Assembly: GCA_041649315.1 (NCBI GenBank)
Contig: JBAZNJ010000002.1
Span: 192,851-256,850 of the forward strand
Reading direction: 5' to 3'
Source: Patescibacteria group bacterium
Lineage (GTDB): Bacteria; Patescibacteriota; Patescibacteriia; Patescibacteriales; UBA12465
Length of the DNA stretch: 64,000 nt
In this document: positions 35,279 to 46,094 of the stretch, piece by piece
How positions within the stretch are numbered: the first letter of the stretch is position 1
Layout: every line of letters starts with the position of its first letter
Position numbers and translations under genes: made by a program
The notes under the pieces: model-generated
Told to the model about the DNA's origin: nothing
The model's database searches: none
Seen by the model: only the letters and a program-made list of their open reading frames with translations

Positions 35279-36151
35279 TTATTTAAAATCCGGATTAACA
35301 AAAACCGTATCGCCATAGCGCAGATCAATATAATTAGTCCTATTGAAATTATCCTTTATTTTTTCCTTTTTGACAAGGATGAGCCGCTCAAGCTGCGCGG
35401 CGGCGGAATCGTTAATGTTAAAATAGACGGCCGGTCCGGCCGCGGCTTTAAAGGTGAGCATATTGAATTCCTGGTCAATAATAAAATTTTCAACTGGCAA
35501 ATCATCCGCCTCGGAGCTTAGAATCCCCGCCAACTCCAGAAAAAAATCTAAATATTCCTGTTTAATTTTTAATTGATCTAAAGAATTTATTAAACTGGCC
35601 TCGCTTTTATTTTCTAATACCGGATAAACCTTATCTCCTTCCATATTAACCGCCGGTTCTTTGATAATATAGCCGTCCGCGGACGCATAAAAAACCGCAC
35701 TTCCCTCTCGGAAAATAAAAGTAATCGGCCGTTCGCTCACTTTAACAATCAAAGTCCGCGGTAATTTCCGTTCAATGAAAACATCGGCTAAATTAAATTC
35801 CGCTCTAATATTTTCAGCCGTCGCTCGACCGTCAAACATAAAAATATTATCTTGATGAAAAAATAAAGCGCGAGGTTTGGCGGCCTGTTCATAAATCAAT
35901 TCGCTTAAGCGTTCCCCTGGGGTCCGTTCTATTCCTTCTAGGCGCAAATCGCTAAAGCGCCAGCACGGCGAGGCATAAAAAAACCAAAGCAAAAAACCAA
36001 TAACGATTAATAAAACAAAAATAAACCATTTTAAACGGCGGCGCTTCCCTTTTTCGTCCGGACGAAAAAAAGGATTTTTTAAATCCTGGCGATGATAATC
36101 TTTTCTTACTTTTTTGTAAGGTTTTTTGTTGCTGCTATACTGGCGTTTCAT
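35279..36151 (-). CDS. ftsQ: FtsQ/DivIB-like cell-division protein
   Basis: Basic N-terminus, single TM helix, POTRA-like segment (FSDLRLEGIERT). Overlaps the alr stop by 4 nt. Confidence 0.55.
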   Translation of the reverse strand: MKRQYSSNKKPYKKVRKDYHRQDLKNPFFRPDEKGKRRRLKWFIFVLLIVIGFLLWFFYASPCWRFSDLRLEGIERTPGERLSELIYEQAAKPRALFFHQDNIFMFDGRATAENIRAEFNLADVFIERKLPRTLIVKVSERPITFIFREGSAVFYASADGYIIKEPAVNMEGDKVYPVLENKSEASLINSLDQLKIKQEYLDFFLELAGILSSEADDLPVENFIIDQEFNMLTFKAAAGPAVYFNINDSAAAQLERLILVKKEKIKDNFNRTNYIDLRYGDTVFVNPDFK

Positions 36152-37281
36152 ACTATTTCCCGCCTGATATTTCCTTGAATTTTTACTAATATTTCATAAG
36201 AAATCGTTCCTGATAACTCCGCTAAATTAAGAATAGAATTTGGCTCGGCCGGATTAGAAGAAATTATCCGGACTAAATCGCCAACCTTAGCTTCATTATC
36301 TCCAATTTCCAAGCAAGTCAGATTCATGCAGACGCGTCCGGCAATCGACGCCCAAAATTCTTTTTCCTCGCCTATTACTAAAAATTTCGCCTGGTTAGAC
36401 AAGCGCCGATCAAGGCCTTCAAAATAACCAAAAGGAATCACCGCGATTTTTGTCGCTTTAGTGGCGCGATAAGTTTCATTATAAGAAACACTCTCTCCGA
36501 ATTTTAAAGCCTGCAGAGAAACAATATGGGAAAAAACTTCCAAGGCCGGCTGAAGCGGTAAATTTTCTTCCGCGGCCTTAAACGGACTATAACCATAAAA
36601 AGCAATACCGGGCCGATAAGCGGTCAAAGCGCGATTATTAATATTAAAAACCGCGGCCGAATTGCCCAAATGAACCCAGCGCGGAAAAAATCCGGCCGCG
36701 CGTAAAGTATCTAAATCTGCAAAAAACTTTTCTTCCTGATTGCGGTTTAAAATTGAATCCTCATCCGCCGAAGCCAAATGCGAACAAAGGCCGGCAACTT
36801 CTACTTTCTCTAAATATTTCTTGTTAGCCGCAATAAAAGATTTAAGATCCTGGATACCTTCGCGATTCATGCCGGAATTAACAAAAAGATGGATCTTAGC
36901 GCGGCGGCCAAAACGGGATAGATAACGCAAGGTTTTTTCATTATAAACCGCAAATTCCGTCCGAGATAAACGACAATGGCGATAAGCCTTTAAAGGCATC
37001 TCGCCTAAGATCAAAACTTTTCTTTTAAAGTAACGATAAGCGATCTGGGCTTCTGGAAAAGAGTCAACGACGATTAAAGGAGCGTCGGTTCTATTTAAAA
37101 TCCGGCAAACTTCCTTTAACCCGTGCCCGTAAGCGTTGGATTTTAAAACCGGAAAAATAGCGGCTTCCGGCCGCCGACTTTTCAAATAATTATAATTAGC
37201 AAGTAGGCGATCAGCATTAATCTGAACAAGATTAAGAGTTTCATACTTCGGTTTAAGCTGGCGTCTTAAAAAATCCAACAT
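36148..37281 (-). CDS. alr: Alanine racemase
   Basis: PLP-lysine motif FPVLKSNAYGHGL. C-terminal beta domain with SYNETYR and PFGYFEGL. Confidence 0.9.
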   Translation of the reverse strand: MLDFLRRQLKPKYETLNLVQINADRLLANYNYLKSRRPEAAIFPVLKSNAYGHGLKEVCRILNRTDAPLIVVDSFPEAQIAYRYFKRKVLILGEMPLKAYRHCRLSRTEFAVYNEKTLRYLSRFGRRAKIHLFVNSGMNREGIQDLKSFIAANKKYLEKVEVAGLCSHLASADEDSILNRNQEEKFFADLDTLRAAGFFPRWVHLGNSAAVFNINNRALTAYRPGIAFYGYSPFKAAEENLPLQPALEVFSHIVSLQALKFGESVSYNETYRATKATKIAVIPFGYFEGLDRRLSNQAKFLVIGEEKEFWASIAGRVCMNLTCLEIGDNEAKVGDLVRIISSNPAEPNSILNLAELSGTISYEILVKIQGNIRREIV

Positions 37282-37362
37282 ATTTTTTCCTGTTTTTTTA
37301 TTTTCCGGAATAAATTAGCTCTCTTTTAACTATCTTTAAGCTATCTTTAAATTACCTTTAAG

Positions 37363-38424
37363 CTATCGCCCGATTACCCGGCCATGGCCGCGATTAAAGG
37401 AATCATCTGACAAATCAGTCGTCGGCTCGCTAAATTTACCGGAAACCTCTTCCCCGCTTAAAGCGTCTTGTGCCCGATACCAAGAAGAAGTTAAGAGCGG
37501 ATAAATTGAGCCAATTTGTTCTTCAGTTGGCAAAAAGACAACTTCAAAACCGAGCCGATAATTATCAGCCCCGCTTTCGGTCTTGGCGACTTTCCAAATA
37601 ATCTGGCGGTTGTCTTCGTTATAAGAAAAATCACCGGCTAATAGAGAGCGGTGGCCGCTAAGTTCTACGCCCTGCGGCAAACGCGAGCTCATAACTAGAT
37701 CCTTAAAATCTCCTTCTGCCTTGGCTTCCCAAAAAATCCAATACTTGGTCGGGATACCGACAATCGGCGGTAAAGGCCCGATGCCTAACTGATCACCCTG
37801 CGGGCTAGTATAATAAGCTACGCTATCGATATTAAGCTGGGCGGCAATAACTACCGCCGGCAAACCCAGATCTTTTTTAAACAACTTGCCGCTAAAAATA
37901 TATTCGCTTTCAGCCTGCCAAAGAATATTCCGGCCGGCCAGGCCGTCGTTTTTAAAATAAACCTTTAAATTCGCTTCCCCGCCCTTGCCTGGAGCAATAG
38001 TTGATAAAATAAGTTTTCGGCCGTCAAGGCGCCAAAGCGAGCTGTCTCCGGCCATTTCGTCCGCTTCTAGTTTAATAATAGATATGTCCGGACTTAAAGA
38101 TGAAAAAGCAAAACTGGCCTCACTGATTACTGCCTCGCCGTCATTCTTAAAATTTACGCGTAAAGGAACTCCCTGATCTCCTTCCAAGACGTTCGCGCCT
38201 AAAGAAAAATCTAAATATAAGGGTGGGTTATCCAAATCTACTTCCGGACCGCTAAAACCGCTCCACCAGGAAATGCCCGGACGATAAGAGTAAAGAGAAA
38301 TTGAAACAGCAATTAAAGCGATAATTACTACTACGAGCGACAAGTCAAAGATAAGATGGCCGAGATTTTTAATATAAAATCTTTCCCAGCGGCCGCGGAA
38401 ATAACGATGGAATCTTTTAATCAT
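37363..38424 (-). CDS. Membrane-anchored hypothetical protein
   Basis: N-terminal TM helix (LIFDLSLVVVIIALIAVSISLY) and a beta-rich ectodomain. Lies in an operon with alr and serS. Confidence 0.6.
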   Translation of the reverse strand: MIKRFHRYFRGRWERFYIKNLGHLIFDLSLVVVIIALIAVSISLYSYRPGISWWSGFSGPEVDLDNPPLYLDFSLGANVLEGDQGVPLRVNFKNDGEAVISEASFAFSSLSPDISIIKLEADEMAGDSSLWRLDGRKLILSTIAPGKGGEANLKVYFKNDGLAGRNILWQAESEYIFSGKLFKKDLGLPAVVIAAQLNIDSVAYYTSPQGDQLGIGPLPPIVGIPTKYWIFWEAKAEGDFKDLVMSSRLPQGVELSGHRSLLAGDFSYNEDNRQIIWKVAKTESGADNYRLGFEVVFLPTEEQIGSIYPLLTSSWYRAQDALSGEEVSGKFSEPTTDLSDDSFNRGHGRVIGR

Positions 38425-38435
38425 ATATTTAATAA

Positions 38436-40466
38436 TTAATAAAAATTCTTTAGGCCCACTAGAATTTCCATGTTTTCACTGCCGGCAATTTTTCCAACGC
38501 TCACTTTTAATCCGCCGCGATAAGAAGCGTTATAAGCAAAAAAATTTCCAATGACTCGGCCGTCCGCCGTAAAAACCCGGATATGCGGTCCGCCGGACGC
38601 CGCCGGCGCGGTTACGATTTCCGCACAACTATCATTATTCAAATCACCAACAGCGACATTAACGCCGCCCCGGAATCTCCCGTCATAAACCAAAAAACTA
38701 TTAATTAAATTTCCGGATAAGGAAAAAATTTTAACGCGCGGCTCTTCTCCTGGGCCCGGTCCGGTAACCACTTCGTCCGTCCCGTCGCCATTAACATCGC
38801 CGAGGGCAACATTAACGCCGCCACGTAAATTTTTATCATAAGCAAACCAGGTCCCTTCTAATTTTCCGCTAGGACTAAAGACCCGCACTTGCGGTCCGCC
38901 GCCAACTCCGGCGCCGATTACGACTTTACGGAAGTATCCGTCTTCAATCTTGGCCGCCAAGCTCATCTTTCCTCTATATAATTGATTGTAAGGATTAAAA
39001 GCGGCCACAGAAGCCCCGTTCTGCCTTAAATCAACTCGGCCGAGCGCGGCGCTAAGTTCAATTGCCTGATCGCCGGCCGGACCGGCCGCGGTAATTATTT
39101 CGGCTTCGCCGGGATAATTATTAAGATAAGAAAAGAAACCATTACGCGTCTGAGCGCCTTGTAAGTCAAAAACCCGATAAAAATATCCATTAGTAAAAGC
39201 GATGTTTTCCAGAACAGTCTGGCTCTTCAGTAAAACCAAACCGTCTCCGGCTTCCAATTGGACATAGTTTATCCGCTGGCCATTATTTACCGCCGGATCT
39301 TGTTTCCCTTTTATTTTTTCAAATTCTTCTTTATCAAAGACATAGGTCTGTTTTTTGGCAGTCGAATTAACTAAAGCAATGCCGTTTTTAAAATCACGTC
39401 GCCATAATCCCTCCTTAGCCGTACTGCCGGCTCCGTCTAAGAGGTTATAAGCGCTTGATTGCGCCGGCCCGAGATCAATATCATATTCATCATACCACCA
39501 GGTTTGGCCATGATCCGTTAAATCATAATCAAAACCGAAAAAACCCGTACCCATTAAAGTGCTGGCTAAACCGAAACGAAGATGGCGATAATTAGTTTGG
39601 TTCTTATCCAAGACATTAATGACCGATACCGATGGCGAAGCCGGATTTAAAGTCGGCAATCGCCAATAAGTTTTCATAGAACCGGCCCAGGAACGATTAC
39701 TTTCCCAAACAGAAGGAAAATCCTCAAGCATCATGCCGTTTAAAATCGTCTGATAACCGTCGTAAACCTTACCATTGCCTAAAATAATAAAATCATTTCC
39801 GGTTAAAGTCCGGGTCTTGGCTAACATTTTTTTAACCCCGTTTGACCAGAGCTTATCAGCTTCGGCACCGCTATCTTTCCGGCCATCGTTATTTAAATCA
39901 ATATTGCCGCTGTTAAGCCAGGCAATATCACCCCAGATATTATCATAAAAAACTCCATCCCAAAGGCCCGAGGCCTTTATTTTTGTTGCTACGAATTCAG
40001 GCAGATAATCATTAAAACGATAACCGCGGCTATCCGCCCGCGCCCCGTCAGTTGGATTAAGCATATGCGCGCCAGGCCAATTAGAAATCTTATTGCCGGC
40101 CGGATCTCTTAGCCACCAGCCGTCCGCGATATTCCTTTCTATTTCCTGGCGCAAATCAGAACCGAAATAATACCCGGGATCATCAACGATTTCTTGAGAA
40201 GAAATATAGGCCAAAATTATAATATTCGGATTAAGACGCCGAATTTTCTCCAATAAAGCCCGGTTATTATTCTGGACCTCCATGTCTAAGATCAAAAGGT
40301 CCCACTTGGCTAAAGCCGTCGCTTCCGCGTCGCTAATTTCCCAGGGCAAAAAATAATTAGCCAAACGCGGATATGAATTTTTTAAAACCGCCGCCCGCGA
40401 AGCGAACGGCCAAAACAGGATTAAGGCCAAAAACACCAAAAAAAATTTTAAACTTATTTTCTTCAT
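38436..40466 (-). CDS. Secreted putative glycoside-hydrolase-like (TIM-barrel-like) domain fused to C-terminal FG-GAP/VCBS-type repeats
   Basis: Signal peptide. The N-terminal 400 aa have GHL-type features (WDLLILDME, LAYIS, WWLRD, MLEDF). The C-terminus has three repeats of the type GDVNGDGTDEVVTGPGPG. Confidence 0.6.
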   Translation of the reverse strand: MKKISLKFFLVFLALILFWPFASRAAVLKNSYPRLANYFLPWEISDAEATALAKWDLLILDMEVQNNNRALLEKIRRLNPNIIILAYISSQEIVDDPGYYFGSDLRQEIERNIADGWWLRDPAGNKISNWPGAHMLNPTDGARADSRGYRFNDYLPEFVATKIKASGLWDGVFYDNIWGDIAWLNSGNIDLNNDGRKDSGAEADKLWSNGVKKMLAKTRTLTGNDFIILGNGKVYDGYQTILNGMMLEDFPSVWESNRSWAGSMKTYWRLPTLNPASPSVSVINVLDKNQTNYRHLRFGLASTLMGTGFFGFDYDLTDHGQTWWYDEYDIDLGPAQSSAYNLLDGAGSTAKEGLWRRDFKNGIALVNSTAKKQTYVFDKEEFEKIKGKQDPAVNNGQRINYVQLEAGDGLVLLKSQTVLENIAFTNGYFYRVFDLQGAQTRNGFFSYLNNYPGEAEIITAAGPAGDQAIELSAALGRVDLRQNGASVAAFNPYNQLYRGKMSLAAKIEDGYFRKVVIGAGVGGGPQVRVFSPSGKLEGTWFAYDKNLRGGVNVALGDVNGDGTDEVVTGPGPGEEPRVKIFSLSGNLINSFLVYDGRFRGGVNVAVGDLNNDSCAEIVTAPAASGGPHIRVFTADGRVIGNFFAYNASYRGGLKVSVGKIAGSENMEILVGLKNFY

Positions 40467-41734
40467 TATTTTTTTGATTTATCAAGCGGTTCAATGATTT
40501 TCAGGCCGCGTGGCAGATAAGGGCGCAGGACTTTCGGTACTACGACCGATCCGTCCGCCCGTTGATTTTGTTCTAAAATCGCCGGCAATAAACGACTGGT
40601 TGCCAAACCGGAAGCATTAAGCGTATGAAGAAATTCGTTCTTGCCGGTCTTCTCGTCTTTATAGCGAACATTACCGCGCCGGGCCTGATAATCCAAAGCA
40701 TTGGAAATACTGCTCACTTCCTTATAAATTCCCATACTCGGAATATATACTTCGATATCATAGGTTTTGGCCATGGCGGCACTGCAATCTCCGGCCGCTA
40801 AGCGAGAAACTTGGAAATGGAGATCAAGCCCTTCAACTAATTTTTTCGCGTTCGCTCCTAATTCAGCGAACATTTCCCAGGACTTATTAGGCCGGGAATA
40901 AATGAACATTTCTATCTTATTAAACTGATGGCCCCTAATCATCCCTCGCTCTTCCGACCGATAGCTTCCGGCCTCGCGACGAAAACAAGGCGAATAAGAA
41001 AAATACTTAAGCGGTAATTCCTTGTCCTCTATGATTTCATCCCGATGGTAATTACCAAGCATCATTTCGCTCGTTGCGTTCAAACATAAAGCGTCCTGGG
41101 TCCAAAAAAGATCATCCCGGAATTTCGGCAAATGTCCGGAAGTATAAGCGGATTTTTCCGTTAAAAGAAAGGGTGGAATTAGAAATTGGTAGCCGTTCTT
41201 GTTATGAAAATTTATAAAATAAGACAAAAGGGCCCATTCTAAAAGCGCTCCAGCGCCCTTATAGCACCAAAAACCGCTACCAGCAATCTTAGCGGCGCGC
41301 TCGTAATCGATAATACCTAGAGAAGTCGCCAACTCGACATGGTCTTTCGGCTTAAAATCAAATTTTGGTTTATGGGCGAAAGTATAAATAACCTCATTAT
41401 TTTCTTTGCCGCCGGAAATAACTTCCGGCGCGACAATATTAGGCAATTCAGCCAAGCGTTCATTGAGCTCTTTTTCTACTTGAGTAAAATCATCATCTAT
41501 TGCTTTTATTTTATCACTGAGCTTTTTCAATTCCGCGATAGCCCCCGGCGTCGGTTTGGTTTTTGACTGACGATTCCGAAGCGCCTTTAAATCTTCTGCC
41601 TCACGAAGCAAAGTTAAACGCTTATCATCCAGCGAGATGATTTTCTCTAGCTGAAAATCTTTTTCCAGCGCCCGCTTAGCTAAACTCGCCTTTACTTCGT
41701 CCGTTTTTTCTCTAATTAATTTGATATCTAACAT
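40466..41734 (-). CDS. serS: Seryl-tRNA synthetase
   Basis: N-terminal coiled-coil arm. Class II motifs (FRREAGS, GHQFNKIEMF, GLATSRL). Confidence 0.95.
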   Translation of the reverse strand: MLDIKLIREKTDEVKASLAKRALEKDFQLEKIISLDDKRLTLLREAEDLKALRNRQSKTKPTPGAIAELKKLSDKIKAIDDDFTQVEKELNERLAELPNIVAPEVISGGKENNEVIYTFAHKPKFDFKPKDHVELATSLGIIDYERAAKIAGSGFWCYKGAGALLEWALLSYFINFHNKNGYQFLIPPFLLTEKSAYTSGHLPKFRDDLFWTQDALCLNATSEMMLGNYHRDEIIEDKELPLKYFSYSPCFRREAGSYRSEERGMIRGHQFNKIEMFIYSRPNKSWEMFAELGANAKKLVEGLDLHFQVSRLAAGDCSAAMAKTYDIEVYIPSMGIYKEVSSISNALDYQARRGNVRYKDEKTGKNEFLHTLNASGLATSRLLPAILEQNQRADGSVVVPKVLRPYLPRGLKIIEPLDKSKK

Positions 41735-41761
41735 ATATGAAAAATGATTTGTTTATAATAA

Positions 41762-43585
41762 TTAATTCACTACTTCCCCGCCGAAAGTTTTTAACAAATC
41801 AGCGGCTAAACCGCTCCCGGAGTTTAATCCGACTTCAGATTCTTTTTTGTTTTCCTTTTTTCCTGCTTTCGCTTCAAAATTAATCATATCCGGCATTGAA
41901 GATGTTGATACTGGCTTTGGCGTGGCGCCGGTCAGCGAAACTTCCTGCTTCTCTTCTTTTCTTAACTCTAAATTTTCATCTAATTTAGCCGCGAAAGGCA
42001 AAGCGCCGCCAAAAACTTCCGCTAAGACCGTCTCAACGATATTTTTAATATTAGCATCATTAATCCGATCTTTGTGGAATTTATATTTAAAAAATAGACA
42101 TAGGCCGCCCTCGTTCAAGCGCGGTTCGCAATTCTGTAAAACAAAAGATAAAGAATGATTATACTTTTTAATCTTAACTAAAAACTCCGGCCATTTCGCC
42201 GCCAAGGTTTCAGTCGATATTTTTATCGCCTGGCTAAGGGGCGCGAATGAACCGGATTTTTTCCCCACTATCTCTCCGGCTTCTTTTTTGGACGCGGCCT
42301 TTTTTATTACGACAGCCGGGCTATCTTCAGACAACGAAGCCGGGCGCATAGAAATCTTAGCGGCCGGGGCGGATTGAGGCGACGAAGAGGGGCGGACAGA
42401 CGAATTAGCTTGAAGCGACGCAGAAGAGCGGACGGACGAAACGGACCGAGTCGGCGCTGAAGATTCGGAAACTTCCATTACCGGACGCGACGACCCAAAA
42501 CATAATTCCGCGATTGCCATTTCCAAGGGCAACTGAGCAATCAAAGAATTACGACTCGCATTTTCCGCTTCTAAAAAACGTTTTGTATAAGCTAAGAGCT
42601 TTTCCCAGTCTAAATTAACCTCAACCGCGGCCAAGCGTTTCTCTAAATTATCCCCCAAATCCAGGCCCAAGCTATCGGCCAATTCCGGACTTAACTTATG
42701 CAACATTATTTCTCTTAATAAAGCAATAAGTTCACCGACAAAAACTTTTAAATTCACACCGCTATCCGCTAAATTATTAACAACCGCAATCGCCTTGGCC
42801 GCGTCCTTACGGCTCAGATAATCAATAATATCAATCGCTTCGTCGCTATTGTAATGCGGAATAACTAATTCCGCCTGTTCAGCCGTTATTTTCTTGTCGC
42901 CGAGAGAAAAAAGCTGGCCAAGCAAACTTTCCGCGTCGCGCAAATGGCCGCCGCTCTTGCGCGCCACTGCTTCTAAAACTTCCTTATCAACCGTCATTCC
43001 TTCCCGGCTAGAAATATAACTAAGTTTTTCTACAATTTCTTTAACGCTAATCCTTTTAAAATCAAAACGTTCACAGCGGGAAATAATCGTTTGCGGCACT
43101 TTTTGGATTTCCGTCGTACATAAGATAAAAACCACGTAAACCGGCGGCTCCTCGATTATTTTCAATAAAGCGTTAAAGGCGGAGATAGAAAGCATGTGCA
43201 CTTCATCGATAATAAACACTTTAAACTTCGCGCTCGTCGGCGCCAGACGGGAAAAAGAAATAATATTTTCCCGAACATTATCAACCCCAGTATTGGACGC
43301 CGCATCAATCTCAACTATATCAAGATTCCGACCGCGAGTAATGCTTTCGCAACTGGCACATTTATTACAGGGTTCAAATTCCCCGTCTTTCTTTTTTTCG
43401 CAATTAATCGCTTTCGCTAAAACCCGCGCCAAAGTCGTTTTCCCGACCGCTCGCGGACCGCAAAAAAGATAAGCGTTCGCCAAGCGACCGCTAGCAATCT
43501 CATTCTGCAAAGTTATCTTAATATGATTCTGTCCGAGAACTTCGGAAAATTTCTGCGGGCGGTAATCGCGGTATAAAACTGACAT
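41762..43585 (-). CDS. dnaX: DNA polymerase III subunit gamma/tau
   Basis: Walker A GPRAVGKTT. Zinc module CNKCASCESI. Walker B FIIDEVHML. SRC motif. Confidence 0.92.
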   Translation of the reverse strand: MSVLYRDYRPQKFSEVLGQNHIKITLQNEIASGRLANAYLFCGPRAVGKTTLARVLAKAINCEKKKDGEFEPCNKCASCESITRGRNLDIVEIDAASNTGVDNVRENIISFSRLAPTSAKFKVFIIDEVHMLSISAFNALLKIIEEPPVYVVFILCTTEIQKVPQTIISRCERFDFKRISVKEIVEKLSYISSREGMTVDKEVLEAVARKSGGHLRDAESLLGQLFSLGDKKITAEQAELVIPHYNSDEAIDIIDYLSRKDAAKAIAVVNNLADSGVNLKVFVGELIALLREIMLHKLSPELADSLGLDLGDNLEKRLAAVEVNLDWEKLLAYTKRFLEAENASRNSLIAQLPLEMAIAELCFGSSRPVMEVSESSAPTRSVSSVRSSASLQANSSVRPSSSPQSAPAAKISMRPASLSEDSPAVVIKKAASKKEAGEIVGKKSGSFAPLSQAIKISTETLAAKWPEFLVKIKKYNHSLSFVLQNCEPRLNEGGLCLFFKYKFHKDRINDANIKNIVETVLAEVFGGALPFAAKLDENLELRKEEKQEVSLTGATPKPVSTSSMPDMINFEAKAGKKENKKESEVGLNSGSGLAADLLKTFGGEVVN

Positions 43586-43608
43586 AATTTAAATAAAAAA
43601 TAGATTAA

Positions 43609-46092
43609 TTAATGCGCCCCCGTCCTCCGACTAATCTCCGCTTCAACCAATTTCGCGTTCTGTCCATACTTCAAACGGCTCAAGGAGCGAATCTTATCGG
43701 CTAAGCCCTCGCGCTTGATACCGAGCAATGGCCAAATTGTCTTTAAAGAGAAGGCCCGCGTCGCCGTATTGTCCACTAGCAGTTTAATATATGCTGTGCC
43801 TTTGTCAATGTTTATCAGATCATATTCATTAAAGACCGGGGCGAACTCCTTTACTAAAAATTCGGCGTCTTCCGAACCGATCTTGAAACTTACCATTGTC
43901 CCGACGTTGCCGAAAACCGCGTCCTTAATTTCCGTATTATTATTTTTAGATAGCTGACCGATATATTGATGAGCAATAACTAAATTTAAAGCGTATTTCC
44001 GTGCTTCCGATAGAATCTGACAGATAGAATTAGTGGTAAAATTCTGGAATTCATCAATATATAAATAAAAATCTTTCCGTTGCTCCGCCGGCATATCCGT
44101 CCGACTTAAGGCGGACATTAAGATTTTCCCGACCAGAATCATGCCTAAAAGATAGGCGTTCATTTCGCCGACCGTGCCCTTTGGCAAATCAATCAATAAG
44201 ATTTTCTGCTTATCCATCACTTCCCGTAAATTGAAGGCGCTTTTTTGCTGGCCGATAATCGGCCGCATCATATCGTTAGAAATAAAGGAGGTTAATTTAG
44301 AAGTAATATATGGAACAATATTAGCGAGTGCCGCTTCCCCGCCGGCTTTTTCCGCTTCCTTGCGCCAAAAATCAACAACGGTCTGATTCTTGCAGCGCGT
44401 AAGCTTCAAGCGGCGGAAATTTTCATCGGCTAAAACCTTCGGAATTTCCATCAATGTTGAGCCGGATTCGGGATCATCCATAATCAAAAGCATCGCATTG
44501 CGCATATACTGCTCAAACATCGGTCCGCCGGTCGATTTTAAGTCATATAATTTATCAAAAATTCCGATCATCTCATTGATTACAAAACTTTTCTGTTCCG
44601 GATAACGCGGATCATAATCAAGGAGATTTAAGGCTAAGGGACGTTCAAGATCGCCGGGCGAAAAAATAATCACATCCTCGGCTCGTTCCGGCGGCACGCG
44701 GTCTAAAATATCCTGGATTAAATCGCCGTGCGGATCCAAAACACAAACGCCTTCGCCATTTTCAATATCCTGGATCGCCATATTGGCCAAAAGAACTGAT
44801 TTTCCCGTACCGGATTTACCAATGATATAAGTATGGCGACGGCGGTCGGCCCGTTTCATCCGGATTTCCTGCTTAACGCCGCGATAAATATTTTCACCCA
44901 GCGCTATTCCTTCGGTCGGAATATTATTCGGCGCCGGCGCAATCTTGGCTGTAAGCCATAAAATATTCGGGGTCTCAGTCGTCCGAAGCGGCAGATGAAA
45001 AACGCTAGCCAGCTCTTCGCTATTTAAAAGAAAAGAGGATTTTTCCCGAAAACGGCGATAAATGAAATCTTTAACTAATTTTTCCGAATTAGCTTTTATC
45101 GCGCGAGAAAAAATATTGCCATAGCTAAAATTATTATATTCGGTAAAAGCGCTCCCAATATTTTCTAGATAAACATTGGCCTGCTCCTTGGTCTTGGCGC
45201 AAGTAATAATCCGGATATTGACATCCAGACCGGCTTTAAGATTTTTTTCCTCAATCGCCTTAAGCATCTCTTCTTCCACGGCCGAGAGTCTTTTGGTTGG
45301 TTTTAGTGAATTTAAATTTTCATTTTCTTTCTTCTTGCCCTGCGACACAACAAAAAAATCACCTAGCCAACCGAAACCAGATACGGATCGTAAACCATCG
45401 GACACGGAATTTTTTTCTTGAATTTTACTAACTACCCGGCGCACCCGGCCATGCCAGGCGCCGCGCGCGCTACGCACTGTATATTGGATAGCCAAGCTTT
45501 CATCTTTTCCTAATTTTGATAAAACATTAATCAAGGAATTCATCGGATCGACTTCCATTTTCTGATAGGTCTTAAGTGGAAAAATAAAACTCTTCGTGGT
45601 TTTCAAATAAGCGGCGGCAATCTTTCCTTTCAAACTAAAAGCATTATAATCTTCAACTTCTTCAATTACCGCTTCCGGATAATGCGCGTGAATCTGTTGT
45701 TCTAAATAGCGCGCTTCGCTCTCCGGCGCGGCCACATAAAAAGCGATTTGCCCGCGACTAGCAACAATTTCAAAAGAAAACTGATCATTACGACCCAAGA
45801 ACCAGGACTTTAAGCCGCGCTGGGCTTTTAAGCCGCCAATCGCGGAAAAAATCGTTTCTCCTTTGGCGATTTCCTCTTTTAATTGCTGGGCCGAACTTTC
45901 CTTATTATCATCCGCCGGTTTTTCTTTCGGCAAACGGATTAAACAAACGCGATGTGGAAAATAGCGTCGACCGGATAAAATCGCCCGCAATAGGCGGACT
46001 AAAAACAATAAAAGAAAAACCGCCAGAATTCCGCCGATCAAATAATCTAAAATTCCGCCCCATTCAATATTTATGGATAAAAAACTATTCAT
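43609..46092 (-). CDS. VirD4/TraG/TraD-like (type IV coupling protein-like) P-loop ATPase with an N-terminal membrane domain
   Basis: N-terminal TM helix. Walker A GKSGTGKS. LDPHGD. Walker B plus TraG-D_C-like region LYIDEFQNF...VIAHQYIGQL. Confidence 0.75.
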   Translation of the reverse strand: MNSFLSINIEWGGILDYLIGGILAVFLLLFLVRLLRAILSGRRYFPHRVCLIRLPKEKPADDNKESSAQQLKEEIAKGETIFSAIGGLKAQRGLKSWFLGRNDQFSFEIVASRGQIAFYVAAPESEARYLEQQIHAHYPEAVIEEVEDYNAFSLKGKIAAAYLKTTKSFIFPLKTYQKMEVDPMNSLINVLSKLGKDESLAIQYTVRSARGAWHGRVRRVVSKIQEKNSVSDGLRSVSGFGWLGDFFVVSQGKKKENENLNSLKPTKRLSAVEEEMLKAIEEKNLKAGLDVNIRIITCAKTKEQANVYLENIGSAFTEYNNFSYGNIFSRAIKANSEKLVKDFIYRRFREKSSFLLNSEELASVFHLPLRTTETPNILWLTAKIAPAPNNIPTEGIALGENIYRGVKQEIRMKRADRRRHTYIIGKSGTGKSVLLANMAIQDIENGEGVCVLDPHGDLIQDILDRVPPERAEDVIIFSPGDLERPLALNLLDYDPRYPEQKSFVINEMIGIFDKLYDLKSTGGPMFEQYMRNAMLLIMDDPESGSTLMEIPKVLADENFRRLKLTRCKNQTVVDFWRKEAEKAGGEAALANIVPYITSKLTSFISNDMMRPIIGQQKSAFNLREVMDKQKILLIDLPKGTVGEMNAYLLGMILVGKILMSALSRTDMPAEQRKDFYLYIDEFQNFTTNSICQILSEARKYALNLVIAHQYIGQLSKNNNTEIKDAVFGNVGTMVSFKIGSEDAEFLVKEFAPVFNEYDLINIDKGTAYIKLLVDNTATRAFSLKTIWPLLGIKREGLADKIRSLSRLKYGQNAKLVEAEISRRTGAH

Positions 46093-46094
46093 AA

